A stretch of 60,634 bases of DNA, filler included, from Asterionella formosa (taxonomy: Eukaryota), in NCBI GenBank assembly GCA_002256025.1. It is 6 parts of 6 records of this genome, joined end to end, with 100 filler letters (N's around TTAATTAATTAA, not from the genome) between each part and the next. Parts side by side here need not be neighbours in the genome. Positions count along the whole stretch, not along the records: positions 30,404 to 40,418 come from NKIB01009965.1; positions 40,519 to 50,528 come from NKIB01009966.1; 4 more parts are not named here. One strand, written 5' to 3'. Position 1 is the first letter of the stretch. Every line of letters starts with the position of its first letter. This document shows positions 37,861 through 49,251 of this stretch, piece after piece. The notes under the pieces were generated by a model. It ran no database searches. It saw nothing but the letters and a program-made list of their open reading frames with translations, and was not told where the DNA came from. The position numbers and the translations under genes are program-made.

Positions 37861-39081
37861 TCGTGAATGATAGATAAATTTTCATTCCATTAATTAAATT
37901 TACCCTACCGGGCATCAGAATTCTTTGTAAAACGAACAATTCTGCTCAGGATACATTGCATATATGCCAAATAGATGACAGTATCGATTGCGGTAGGCTA
38001 CTCTTCAAATGAGACATGTTAATCGGACGTGACCTCATGAGCACATTCGCCATAGCCATTTCGTGCATGAGGAATGAGCTTACGTATGTATGCGGTTCAT
38101 CGATTCCTACTATCGCCTTAATACGGGGTCATCTCCGAAATCGAGAAATAGCACACCAAATAATGCTGGACGTAAGGAAATTAAGGAGTGCATCCCAATT
38201 TTCTCGCGGTGAACGCATAATACAATAACAATATCCCACCTTACACCAGGTATAGATTACCAGTAGGAGGATTTACCGAGGGTAGGGTACTGCGCTACGA
38301 CTAGTAAAAGGCGGGGAGGTTCCGTTACCAAGTACCAGCTAGGAGTACCAGCTACCAGGTACCCTCGTACCAGGGTACGATACGATCCGATGAGTGGGAA
38401 AAGCGCACGGTACAAACCTTTGTATTGTCATTTTCTTGTGGCAAAATATAGATATATGCTAGAAGAACGTATGCATAATACCGGAATCAATTGTGCCCAT
38501 ATCATGTTTCAAGAATAATGTCTAAACTAATGACCGGCCAAAAATTTTTACTGTGCGCCTATTTTGTCGACTTGACCATTCATCACTACATAAACTGGGT
38601 CATTTAACGATCATTTACATCACGCGCGGATCGTACTCCAGCAAGTTGCGGTCATTTTGCCGAAAATGGAACGCGGCGCCGGCAAGCACTCATATTCGAC
38701 TCCCCGCTAATATTACTTAAGCATTTAGAAAACGCTAACGGTTTCGCTCTGGCCAATAAATTTCATTATTATCAAAATCTAATTTTAAAGAATAATTTTC
38801 TGAAGAAACCAGTTTCCGAACCTTGCTACGATTAGGGGGTTTTGGATTGGGGGGTTTTCCCCCCAATCACAATTTTGAGTTTCAAGACTCCTTATTCCAG
38901 AAATCTCCTAGTTTATATGCATTTCTATTTCAGTATAAGTGGTTGTGGTAAATATCAGTATGCATCATACATAGGAGAACAACATAGTACATCCATCTTG
39001 CATCCCTGTATGCATACCAGTATCAAATACCGATTCATAATGGTACCAGACTATATTGGAGGCTATAAAGACTCCGGGTGA

Positions 39082-39306
39082 CGTTGAGAGTCTGATGAGT
39101 CAAGTCGTGAAATGTTTCATGGGACTGACAGTGGGATCAAAATTAGTTGGAGTAGAAGTCTTGAATTGTATTTGGTAAGATTGAATTTGACAGGATTAAG
39201 TTTGGCAGGACCAGTTGGCAGGATTGATAGTTTAGATATAATTACAATTAGTTCACAATCTGAGAAACCTTGACTTGAGTAAGGTAGTCTTTGGAGCCCT
39301 TCAACA
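39082..39306 (+). repeat. 5' LTR of a copia element
   Basis: Begins CGTTGA (TGTTGA with one mismatch) and ends TCAACA, just upstream of gag. A PBS-like GGTTAGGACCCAG lies at ~39323-39335. Confidence 0.7.
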
Positions 39307-39382
39307 TACTTCAAAGTATAAAGGTTAGGACCCAGAGGCTGATTGTCGGTGAAAGAAAGAAAACAAAAGTTTGTAAGTCACA

Positions 39383-40418
39383 ATGGATGGATCCAAGGAT
39401 AGTGACAAGATGAGTGTGAGACTTCCAATGTTTGATGGAGACCACAAGAAATTTCAAATGTGGAATACTCGATTTAGAGCATTTGCCACTGTTAGCAGAT
39501 TTGTTGAGGCATTACTAGCTCCACAGGCTATGATGCCAGCAAGAGAAGATGAGTTGATTGATGAAACAACTGATGATGGCAGGTTGAAAGCATTGGTCAT
39601 CAGGAGAAATGGTGTAGCTATGGCTAATTTGTCAATGGCTTTCACATCTGAAGGAGCAATGGGATTGCTGTACAAGGCGATGACTCCAGAGTGGCCAGGT
39701 GGGCTTGCTTATTTGGTAATGGAAGCTCTGAACAAGAAGTATCGACCTCAAGACACAATTACAAGAGTTGAGCTCAGGCAGAAGCTCAATAAAGTGGCCA
39801 TGAAGAAAAACCAAGACCCTGCTACATTGTTTGAGCAAGTGAGTAGTATTGAGAATCAATACAATGCTCCAGGGGTCAAGATAGATGAAGGTGATTTGAT
39901 TGCTGTCATACTTGATGCAGCACCAGAAGAATACCATGCAGTACTTACATCGGAACAGAGACTTTGGGGTGATAAGCTAACTTTAAATGATTTAGAGACT
40001 GCAATGAATCAATTTTGGAGACAAGGGAAAACCCCAAAGACTAATGATGGCAATGATGCTGCTGAAATATCATTGAGTGCATTTGGAGGTGTTTGCTATA
40101 ATTGCAAGAAAAAGGGACATAAAGCCAATAAGTGTCCAGATAAAGAGCATAAAGATGGAGAAGGAACAAGACCTAAAGGAAATGGTGATAAGTTCAATGG
40201 AAAATGTAACAATTGTGGAAAAGTTGGGCACAAAGAAGCAAATTGTTGGGAGGAGGAAGAAAATAAACATAAAAGGCCAGAGGGTTTTAGGTCCAGAAGT
40301 GCAGAAACTGCAGCATCGGCAGTTGATAATGGATCAAGAGTTGAATTTCTATTGTGTGGAATGACATTTCCTACTGATCAAGCAATATTGATGGATCCAA
40401 ATGTGTGGATTGCAGATA
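39383..40418 (+). mobile_element. Ty1/copia gag-pol 5' part (gag, two CCHC knuckles, start of protease); open up to the contig end
   Basis: LPMFDG..FQMWNTRFRAFA; CYNCKKKGHKANKC; CNNCGKVGHKEANC; protease VWIAD at the contig edge; no internal stops. Confidence 0.9.
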
Positions 40419-40518
40419 NNNNNNNNNNNNNNNNNNNNNNNNNNNNNNNNNNNNNNNNNNNNTTAATTAATTAANNNNNNNNNNNNNNNNNNNNNNNNNN
40501 NNNNNNNNNNNNNNNNNN
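40419..40518. other. Artificial contig-joining linker
   Basis: N44-TTAATTAATTAA-N44. Confidence 0.98.
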
Positions 40519-40641
40519 CCTTTCCGTGACGAACATGTTGAAGTATAGAGGAGACCACCATGTAATCTTCTGTTCGTAGGCAAAAGCAAGAATTAACATG
40601 CAAACTGAGATTTGCTCCAACTGACGCTTAGTGGCAAGGGA

Positions 40642-42624
40642 CTATGCTGAAAATATATTAAAATTGGTTCTCTTCTGTTTCGACTTCGTTGGCTTTGATG
40701 TTGGTCTACGGAGTGTTGGGTTTGGAGTTGGAACGTTTGTCGCTTTGATAACATTCGCAGGAACTGATGTTGGCTGAGCCGTTGCGGGTTTGAAAGGAGC
40801 TGTTGCGATAGGCGGTAATATTGGCTTTGCAGTAGATGTAGAGGTTGGCATCACTGTGGGTACAGAAGATGGCTGGGCTGTAGGCTTCATGCTGACTAAA
40901 GCTGCACCTGGACAAGTCGAACTCTGAGTATTTAAGCGTACTGAGAGGGTCACATACTTTGGAGCCGTGGAGGTAGAAGCTACCATCGCACATGCTTCAA
41001 CTGTGTATGACCCAATTGTAGCAAATTGATTGGATGACAATGACAACATCATGGATGATTCCGATCTAGTGTCTGGGGCTGTTGCGATCGTAACCATGTT
41101 AGCCTTCTGCTTTACTTCAGAGTTAAAGCCTTCAGCAAGGTTGTACTGAATGTACAGTTGACCGACAACGACAAGAACATACTCATTGCGAGATGTCGCT
41201 GCCTTGGTATAGTCTACGAAGCCCACAAGCTTGCCAGACCACGCCCCACCTGTTCCTGGGCTGACAGTGATTTGCTTGTCAGCGTACCAGCCGAGGACAT
41301 AGTTCTTGTGGCCATTGAAGCACATGGCTGGCGATCCGGTACCAGAGCTGGCAAATCCCATCATGCAAGTCTGGTCAGCGTAAGTTTTGCCGTCTGCGTT
41401 TGAATGTTGAAGGCCTAGGTTATGACTGCAAAAATTAACGAAAGTGAGGAAGATATTCAAAAGTTACACACTTCTAGTCAGAGGTATAGGCGTACTCACC
41501 CAATTTCATGCATTTTTCCGCTGAGACTTGAGCACCGTCCTGTTGAGAGAAAAATCGAGGGATGGTAGGGCATGGTGAGAGATTTTAAGGCATTTAGTCG
41601 GTATGCTGGAATGCGGTATGAGTGAGCCGGATGCACTCACCATTGTTAAAGTAGGAGTATTGACCTGGCATAAAAGAATACGCAATCCAAGATTTTGAAT
41701 TTACCGTTTTGGATCTTAGAGTACCATAGGGCATACAAAACATGATATTGGAGAAAATGCTGCCAAGATTTGCCACTCCGAGCTTATTCTGAACCGCAGC
41801 TGTCAAGGAATTTTGAATGTCGGTGATGTACAGGCCATCAACAGATGCTTGAAGAGGAAGGTCCATTACTCCATTTGTGATGATACCAGGATATCCGCTT
41901 GCAGGAACAAACTGCAGCTTTCCAGAAGAACATGAGCTGAACTGAGCGGCCATTGAGTTCTGCTGGTTTCCAGTACCAAAGGTTACATTCGAGAGCCGCT
42001 CAAGAGAATCGTTCTGTGTTGAATTGGGGGCAGTGACACGTACGAGAAGCAAAGATTTGATTCCACTTGTCTGCACTAAATGGCGCTGCCGACTTTTACG
42101 ACTTGCAACAAAGTGAATTTCAGTATTCGGTGGAATGACAACGTAGTCCGGCCTTTCGAATTCAGTACGAATTGCAGAGCCCCCGATGATGCAAATACTT
42201 GACACTCCAGAGTCCAGTAATACCTTGTTTGCATTGACGAAAGTAGTTGGGAGGTTCAGAGAATATGACATTTCCGCCATTCCATCGCCTTCCTGGGTCG
42301 CGTGAGTGAGGCAGCGGTACCTTGAGGCGCCCACACCATCAACTAGCACGCCACTCGTGACTCCCACTTCGCAGTAAAGACATTTACCGCTTGCCCCCTG
42401 CACTCCAGGAGATCCCTGTGTTTGATCAAAACGAAATTGTTCAGCGGAATTGTAGATACACAACAGGGTATGGCGAATTTAAATGAGACAAGTTTTGCGT
42501 TCTGGTCGGCTTTATTCGCTCGCAACGCTTTCAACATTCCTTCTCGACGTACATATCTTCCTTCTCCACAAACGATGGACACCAACACGGCCAATACAAC
42601 AACGGAGAATGATTTTTCAAGCAT
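40642..42624 (-). CDS. Secreted metzincin metalloprotease, gametolysin (M11)-like, with Pro/Thr-rich tail; exons 42624-42553, 42415-41641, 41539-41500, 41425-40642
   Basis: Signal peptide. Three GT-AG introns restore one frame and give HEIGHNLGLQHS, then YADQTCMMG (Met-turn) and CFNGHKNYVLGWY. Basic RKSRQR site before the catalytic region; PTxxP repeats at the C-terminus. Confidence 0.85.
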
Positions 42625-44492
42625 TATATTTTGTTTGTGGTTTAAGATTTATGACTTGTGCGATGTTTTCAAACTGACCTCCTTCTGTACATCCACTTGT
42701 GGCAGATAAGTCGCTTTTGAATGAAGTTGAGGAAAACACATCTCTTTCGCGTGGTTTCTGTTTCTTTCTGTCCATCACACACCGCCTTCGGATTAAATAT
42801 TGAAGAATTTATTCGATGTCGGGATGGTCACTTTTATAAATGTTCTGTTTGTCGCTTAGCTGTGTCTTGGTCTGTTGAGTACCGCTTGGAAACAGTGTAG
42901 AATTGGTGCATAAAGAGTCGGTATCGATTCTGTGGAATTGTTGCCTTAAACATGTGCCGCGTACAAAGTGATCTATTCTACTCGTAAGGTCTCCCAATTC
43001 CGGTACCAGGTACAAAATTCAAATGAATGTACGCCACTGTATTTCCTGTACTGTCGTACCTGGTACATTACTCCGTTGCGATTAGCTACAAGGGATAATA
43101 TCCCTGCGATACGCGACAGGTACCAGGGGTACAGCCAGGTACCAGTAGATTATTAACCGCTACCGGTATATTGATTACAAGGGAACCAATACCAGGGTAC
43201 ATCGGAAGAACATATATACCCCTTGGACATTATCGGCTCATAAATATTTTATTCACATAACAATGGCACTGGACAGGAATTAATTGGTCCATCCTCTGGT
43301 GATTTTCAAAATTTCTGTCCCTATACTAACTGAATGCAATCCAATAGAAACATACCGGTATATACATGCAGGTATGTCAATATTGGGCGGACGTATAGCA
43401 TTTCCAGTGGAGGAGCATCTTTCTGCTTTGTCGCCAAATATATCCATTGTGCACAAGTATTTGCTTTCGATTCCTCTGCGTCACTGATCCGTTTAATATT
43501 CTATTCACTAGTCACAGTTCGGAATAGAATCAATTGATTGGAATATATGTGGTGTGTCAGAAATGTGTCTTAATAGGATGCTACATTTAAGAGTTCCTTT
43601 GCAATTTCCCTTCCGGTTGGTTCCTGGTACAGCTTCTTCGTGCCTGGTGACAGGTCCAAACTATGTTTCCCCTTTGTCCTGCTTGGCGGGGTACCGGTAA
43701 GCAAATTTTTAACAATTATTAGTCCCATCGTAGTATTCATTACTAAATAATTAGAGGTAATGATCAGGCCCATCGGAGCATAAGTGACAAATTGATATGC
43801 ACTATTCTTTTGGGTAGTACCTGATCGATAACAATGCATTTATCTTTGAATTCCGCCCTAGGTACCGTTCTTCCCATTATGTACCGTACACCTGTCATTT
43901 CTGTTCAATGGCGGTATGTATGGTTTGGATCATATTCCAGAAACGACTCCATGTCGTAGCCCGTCATGGCTGTAACACTAGTACCGTACCCATTATATTC
44001 ATTAATATACACACACTCAGGACCATTTCCTCAGGGTTGATAAAAATAAAATTTTCTGACAACGTTTCTGATTTGTCTTTTGGTTCCCTTATTGACAAAT
44101 AATTCTCGACCAAGTGATGTGCTTTATTACTTTCAACTTCAATTGGCTTTGCTATTTGGTCAGTGTGGTGGAGATGCTCTAACAGACCATGATGAACAAA
44201 TGATTTTTAATTTTCAATTTTGTACAACTGATTAACACTTTTATTAGTTTCTTAGATAGGAAACACAGGTCACTAGTTGTAGCAAGTAGCTAGTGAAACA
44301 ATTGTTGACATAGCTTTGATATTCATTGCAAAATAGCTAGCTAAAATGGAAAAATCGGTGGAAGCAAAATGGCACTCAAACGAAATGATAACATCTCCAT
44401 TATTTCTAGCCGGATCAAAACCCAAATAGTTTGTACAAAACTATTATAGTGAAAATACAATACAACCTGATTCCTTGCTAGTTTCAAAAATA

Positions 44493-47294
44493 TCACTTGT
44501 ATTTGAAGGCAACAGCAATATCATTTCCTTTGTCGAGTGATTCATATACATCCTGAACCTGCAAAAATGATGTTGTTTGAGTGAGAAGTCTTGAAGGTTG
44601 GAGGAACTTTACAAATTCCCATGCTAATGCAAAACGGCGGTCCTTGCTCCAGAGACTTGTCAATTCGGCTGGAATTTTGCTGACTTGAGAAGTCTTGATA
44701 GTCTTGTGGCTTCGATGAAAGTCAATACCAAGCTTTAGTGTCACATCAGTATTCCCATACCAAGAACCAACAATGACACGTCCACCATTTCTAGTATGGT
44801 CAATTGCAGATTGGAGTGCTTTATAGTTTCCACTGATTTCAATGGAAACATCAAAAGGGCCAGTGTTGGCTACTGATGTGGGCATTAAAGCTTCAGAAGC
44901 TCCCATGAAGGAGGCTGCAGCCAAACGATTGGGAATTGTGTCAAACACAGAAATAGTTCCAAACTCTCCTGTGGACAGCATTTGCTTGTCCCTATTCAGA
45001 ATAGCTGTCACTAACAACCCAATCAAGCCTTGCCCATATATGGCAACTTTTTCTCCCACTCGTACATTAGCATCATGAACAAGGGAAAGGGCTGTCTCAA
45101 CTGATGGCAAGAATATGGCATCCTCTGCACTGATACCATCAGGGACTAATAAAATGCTGTCACGATCACAAATGACATGTGTAGAGTGAGGGGCAAAGCT
45201 GAATACCAATTGACCCATCAACATGTCACAATCGGCAACATTTGGTCCACATCTAGTCACTCGACCCACCAAACTGTAGCCATATGCCAATGGATAGGCC
45301 ATGCGCTGATCAGTCATGCTACCAATAGTCAAATCGAGAGCAGCATCATCGAATAAACCCTTGAAAATTTTCAATTCCGTTCCAGAACTAATGAGAGAAG
45401 TGATGGATTCAATTTCAACTTGATTGGGTCCCAAATGCATATTGTCCTTTGTGTCAACGGTTCTTGTTGCAATTCCAACTTTATATGGAGCGGTGAATTC
45501 AATTTCACTAATTACAAGATTATTTTGCCCTTCGACTTTTGGATCTCGACTGTAGGCCTTAGTACTGGCTGTCTCATCATTTTCCATTGTTGGAAAAGAA
45601 AAGAGGAGGTCTACATTGGACACTTCGATTTTGGCCTTGGCTTGCTTGGAACGTTGAATCCAACCAACGGAATCCCACTGTTCTTTCATTAACGCTGGTG
45701 CACTTACGGTACCAAAGAAGTACAACATGGTATTCCACAAATATGTGTTTTGTTTTGGACAAATGCTCCAGTTGGATGGTCCACGATGAATCAATCGTCC
45801 ACCGTAAGATTGCACTGCACTCACTAGCTTGTTGGGTTCTAAATTATGACCATGTTCCTTTGATAAGGCTTCAGAATATAAACGAAAGGCCAATGTATCC
45901 GACGGCATCCTGAATGGTCCGAATGGACTAGGAGGAATAAATTGTGTCGTTCCAGCAAATGTAATTGGAAAATACAAGAGTATTTCATTATGATAAACCC
46001 TCTTCCAAACCTGTAAAAAAATTTGAAGGCTTTGTATCAAGTGATGAGGTTCCATTAAATCAGCAAAACAGCAGCCTACAATGAGCTGCGGTGGTGGTAG
46101 GTGGTCATCCATCTTGCGTACTGTTGCAAAGTCGCACATAAAGAGATACAGGGAAATATTCAATTGTCCATGTATAAATAGGACTTGGTCTCCATCCGTT
46201 GTGGTGACGTGATCATGTACTTCTGTAAATCCAAGGCGCTCCAATCGATCCTTACATGAAGAATAGAGCGCCAGATTAGACTCGAAGGCATAATAGTTGA
46301 CTTTTTGAATGGTCCCATCTAGCAAGAGTGACTTCTTTTGTTCTCCATCACCCATTATGAGTAATTGTAGCATATTGAGCAGTCCAGCTCCGACATCTGC
46401 GATTGTAATGACACCGCCTATGGCATTATTGACAACATGATCTCTCATCTTGTCCCATGTGGGTCCATGAATGGATTTGGCATCAACCAAATTTTTAGAG
46501 ACAAGATACTGGACTGTCGAAAATACATAGTCATCACTGACATGTCCCAAGGCCATGGAAATAGCCATATCGATGGTAGTGTTTGACAATGGTGAGACGT
46601 ATATTCCTGACATGCCCAAAAGTTCCCTGGCCCGCAGGAGATTGAGTTTCGAATCATCCAGTAAAATACAACTCGAGACTGGATGCTTCTGTAGAATGGT
46701 TTGATAAAACAAGTCTGGTTGTCCAGCCTTTGTTGGATATGTAAGTGGTAGAAACGTTTCGGGTGTAACGATGCCGGCCCATGGAATGTGAGCTAATCCC
46801 AATGCCCTAAGGACTCGTCGGACATGGTATTTCGGAGAATTACTGGTCAAATACATGGGATATGGAATGCAATTCAGCACATTCGCAAGACGACGTGTCG
46901 ATGCTGACGGTGGAGAGTATCCAGTTGTCGTGATGGTGGCAGAATATTCACGAGTAAGACCAGATAGATCAATGTCGGCATACACTTGCTCGTAGAAGTC
47001 CTTGAGGACATCAGCATCATTGGTACAATGTCTACGCAGCCCCTCCACTGTCGATCCATACTTGTGATGCCATTCATCGGCTTGTTCTTGTGCGACTCCC
47101 AACGTATTGCAAAAACGATAAATGCCTTGTCGTATCTGGGCTTCTATTCCGCAGCGGTCTTCTGAATACAACGTGTTGTCCACATCGATCAGCAGAATTG
47201 GAGCATGCGGAAGGCGATGCGGGTGAGTCGAGACAACCGAGATGATTGTAAAAGCATGCAACCATACTGCTAGACGAATGGTGTTGCACATCAT
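44493..47294 (-). CDS. Three-domain fusion: HAD phosphatase (SDT1/pyrimidine 5'-nucleotidase-like), class I SAM-fold domain and MDR (alcohol/threonine dehydrogenase-like) domain
   Basis: 933-aa intronless ORF. HAD motifs LLIDVDNTLY, LTSNS, TK and LLDDS; IADVGAG..YYAFES..CCFADL; ISSGTE, YGYSLVG, VETAL, GQGLIG, IEISG and VGSWYG..FHRS..SQVS. Confidence 0.85.
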   Translation of the reverse strand: MMCNTIRLAVWLHAFTIISVVSTHPHRLPHAPILLIDVDNTLYSEDRCGIEAQIRQGIYRFCNTLGVAQEQADEWHHKYGSTVEGLRRHCTNDADVLKDFYEQVYADIDLSGLTREYSATITTTGYSPPSASTRRLANVLNCIPYPMYLTSNSPKYHVRRVLRALGLAHIPWAGIVTPETFLPLTYPTKAGQPDLFYQTILQKHPVSSCILLDDSKLNLLRARELLGMSGIYVSPLSNTTIDMAISMALGHVSDDYVFSTVQYLVSKNLVDAKSIHGPTWDKMRDHVVNNAIGGVITIADVGAGLLNMLQLLIMGDGEQKKSLLLDGTIQKVNYYAFESNLALYSSCKDRLERLGFTEVHDHVTTTDGDQVLFIHGQLNISLYLFMCDFATVRKMDDHLPPPQLIVGCCFADLMEPHHLIQSLQIFLQVWKRVYHNEILLYFPITFAGTTQFIPPSPFGPFRMPSDTLAFRLYSEALSKEHGHNLEPNKLVSAVQSYGGRLIHRGPSNWSICPKQNTYLWNTMLYFFGTVSAPALMKEQWDSVGWIQRSKQAKAKIEVSNVDLLFSFPTMENDETASTKAYSRDPKVEGQNNLVISEIEFTAPYKVGIATRTVDTKDNMHLGPNQVEIESITSLISSGTELKIFKGLFDDAALDLTIGSMTDQRMAYPLAYGYSLVGRVTRCGPNVADCDMLMGQLVFSFAPHSTHVICDRDSILLVPDGISAEDAIFLPSVETALSLVHDANVRVGEKVAIYGQGLIGLLVTAILNRDKQMLSTGEFGTISVFDTIPNRLAAASFMGASEALMPTSVANTGPFDVSIEISGNYKALQSAIDHTRNGGRVIVGSWYGNTDVTLKLGIDFHRSHKTIKTSQVSKIPAELTSLWSKDRRFALAWEFVKFLQPSRLLTQTTSFLQVQDVYESLDKGNDIAVAFKYK

Positions 47295-47848
47295 GGTTGA
47301 TTGCTGGGAGCTGTTGTGATGCGTGATGGACTAAACCGGTATACCGGTACCGGAAGTAAAATAGAGCATCATTGTGATGATTGCACCACAAAGAAAACAA
47401 AGAAAATACACATCGGTACGTAGTAAAAGACAACGTTGTTGATGGCATTTGTACACACAATTATAGATACGACCGTTACCGGTGTCCGTACCGGTAAGTA
47501 TATAACTATCCGATTTACATTTCAGTCAGGATTCTGATGCCATCGTACGCGACTTCCCTCCCATCCATCCATTTTTTTTAAACATACAAGTATACACACC
47601 GTGGTACGAGGTTAGTATATTGAACATTCAGCATATGTGAAGGTATGTGTATTTAAAATATATCTATCCATTTCCATTCTATGATTGCCGAGGTGGGTAT
47701 ACCGCTATTCATGTTTTTTGGTAAGGTTTTCTTGACTGCACTATTTCATTCGATCGGACTTCTCCACCTCGTCCTCATCAGGTAAATCGTTTTGGCCAAA
47801 GCCTAATAAGCAATCACAGGTTTCTTTATCTAAAATTTCTACTACAAA

Positions 47849-49232
47849 ATGGAGTCGAAAGCGAAATCGAAACGAGGCAATAACGTCCTGTCAGAGAGTG
47901 ACAACATGGACATCACCCAGAAACGACTGAAACTATTAGCTGACGACGATACAAACCAATACAAAGGCTTTTCCTTACAACATGATGAAGACCGGACGCA
48001 CATACTCATCGAACAAGCGGAAAAGATGCCATCGAAACCTTTCTTTGACAATTATATTGCCAAACGTCGGCCATGCATCCTGGAGGGACTCTCAGCCTTG
48101 TCTGCTACCGGTAGTGACATTCAAGACTTTTTACGAACGTGCACAGACGGGATCGTTCAAGTCGAACACCGACCATCCAAACAACAACCATTTGGACAAA
48201 ACCGCACTGCTTCGCAACAGTTTGAAATGACATTGCAAGAATTTTGCAGCCAATTGAACACGCCATCCAAGGGAGAATTGCTGTATTTGTCGACGCAACA
48301 AGGCGACGAGAGTAACGATGGACCCTTCCAGACAACACCCTGTAAGGAATTACTTCAAAATAAATTCATTCCAGAAACAGTTGCNNNNNNNNNNNNNNNN
48401 NNNNNNNNNNNNNNNNNNNNNNNNNNNNNNNNNNNNNNNNNNNNNNNNNNNNNNNNNNNNNNNNNNNNNNNNNNNNNNNNNNNNNNNNNNNNNNNNNNNN
48501 NNNNNNNNNNNNNNNNNNNNNNNNNNNNNNNNNNNNNNNNNNNNNNNNNNNNNNNNNNNNNNNNNNNNNNNNNNNNNNNNNNNNNNNNNNNNNNNNNNNN
48601 NNNNNNNNNNNNNNNNNNNNNNNNNNNNNNNNNNNNNNNNNNNNNNNNNNNNNNNNNNNNNNNNNNNNNNNNNNNNNNNNNNNNNNNNNNNNNNNNNNNN
48701 NNNNNNNNNNNNNNNNNNNNNNNNNNNNNNNNNNNNNNNNNNNNNNNNNNNNNNNNNNNNNNNNNNNNNNNNNNNNNNNNNNNNNAGCGACGAGAGTGAC
48801 GAAGACGACGAACCAGAAGTTATACTTGGTATGGGGTTTGACTACAAAGATGAGGATGAAGAAAGCAATGATGACAGGAACAATGGAGAATATGACGAAA
48901 AAGACGACTTCGACGATGTTATGGGCAAGGACGACAACTGCGAAACGAGACCAGATAACTTTTCCAGAATCGAACTCGATAAGTCGGACAATGATAGCCA
49001 CTTTCCATTGTTTAAGACCTGTCGTCAAGTTACTATGGAACTCAAGGCTGGCCAATGTCTATACTTGCCAGCTGGGTGGTTTCATGAGGTGACATCCTAT
49101 GGTGGAGAAGGAGAAAAGGCGAGTACCCATATGGCGGTGAACTACTGGTACCATCCACCTGATGCACTTGACAATTATGAACAACCCTACGCGGACGAGT
49201 ATTGGAAGAAACAAGTATCTAAGTCGGGATAG
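47849..49232 (+). CDS. JmjC/cupin-like 2-oxoglutarate-Fe(II) oxygenase; middle missing in the N-gap 48385-48785
   Basis: FFDNYIAKRRPCIL, MTLQEF..LYLSTQ, then PDNFSRI and ELKAGQCLYLPAGWFHEVTS..AVNYWY, with an acidic insert. The HxD motif is probably in the gap. Confidence 0.85.
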
Positions 49233-49251
49233 TAGCAAAAGCATTGTTTTT

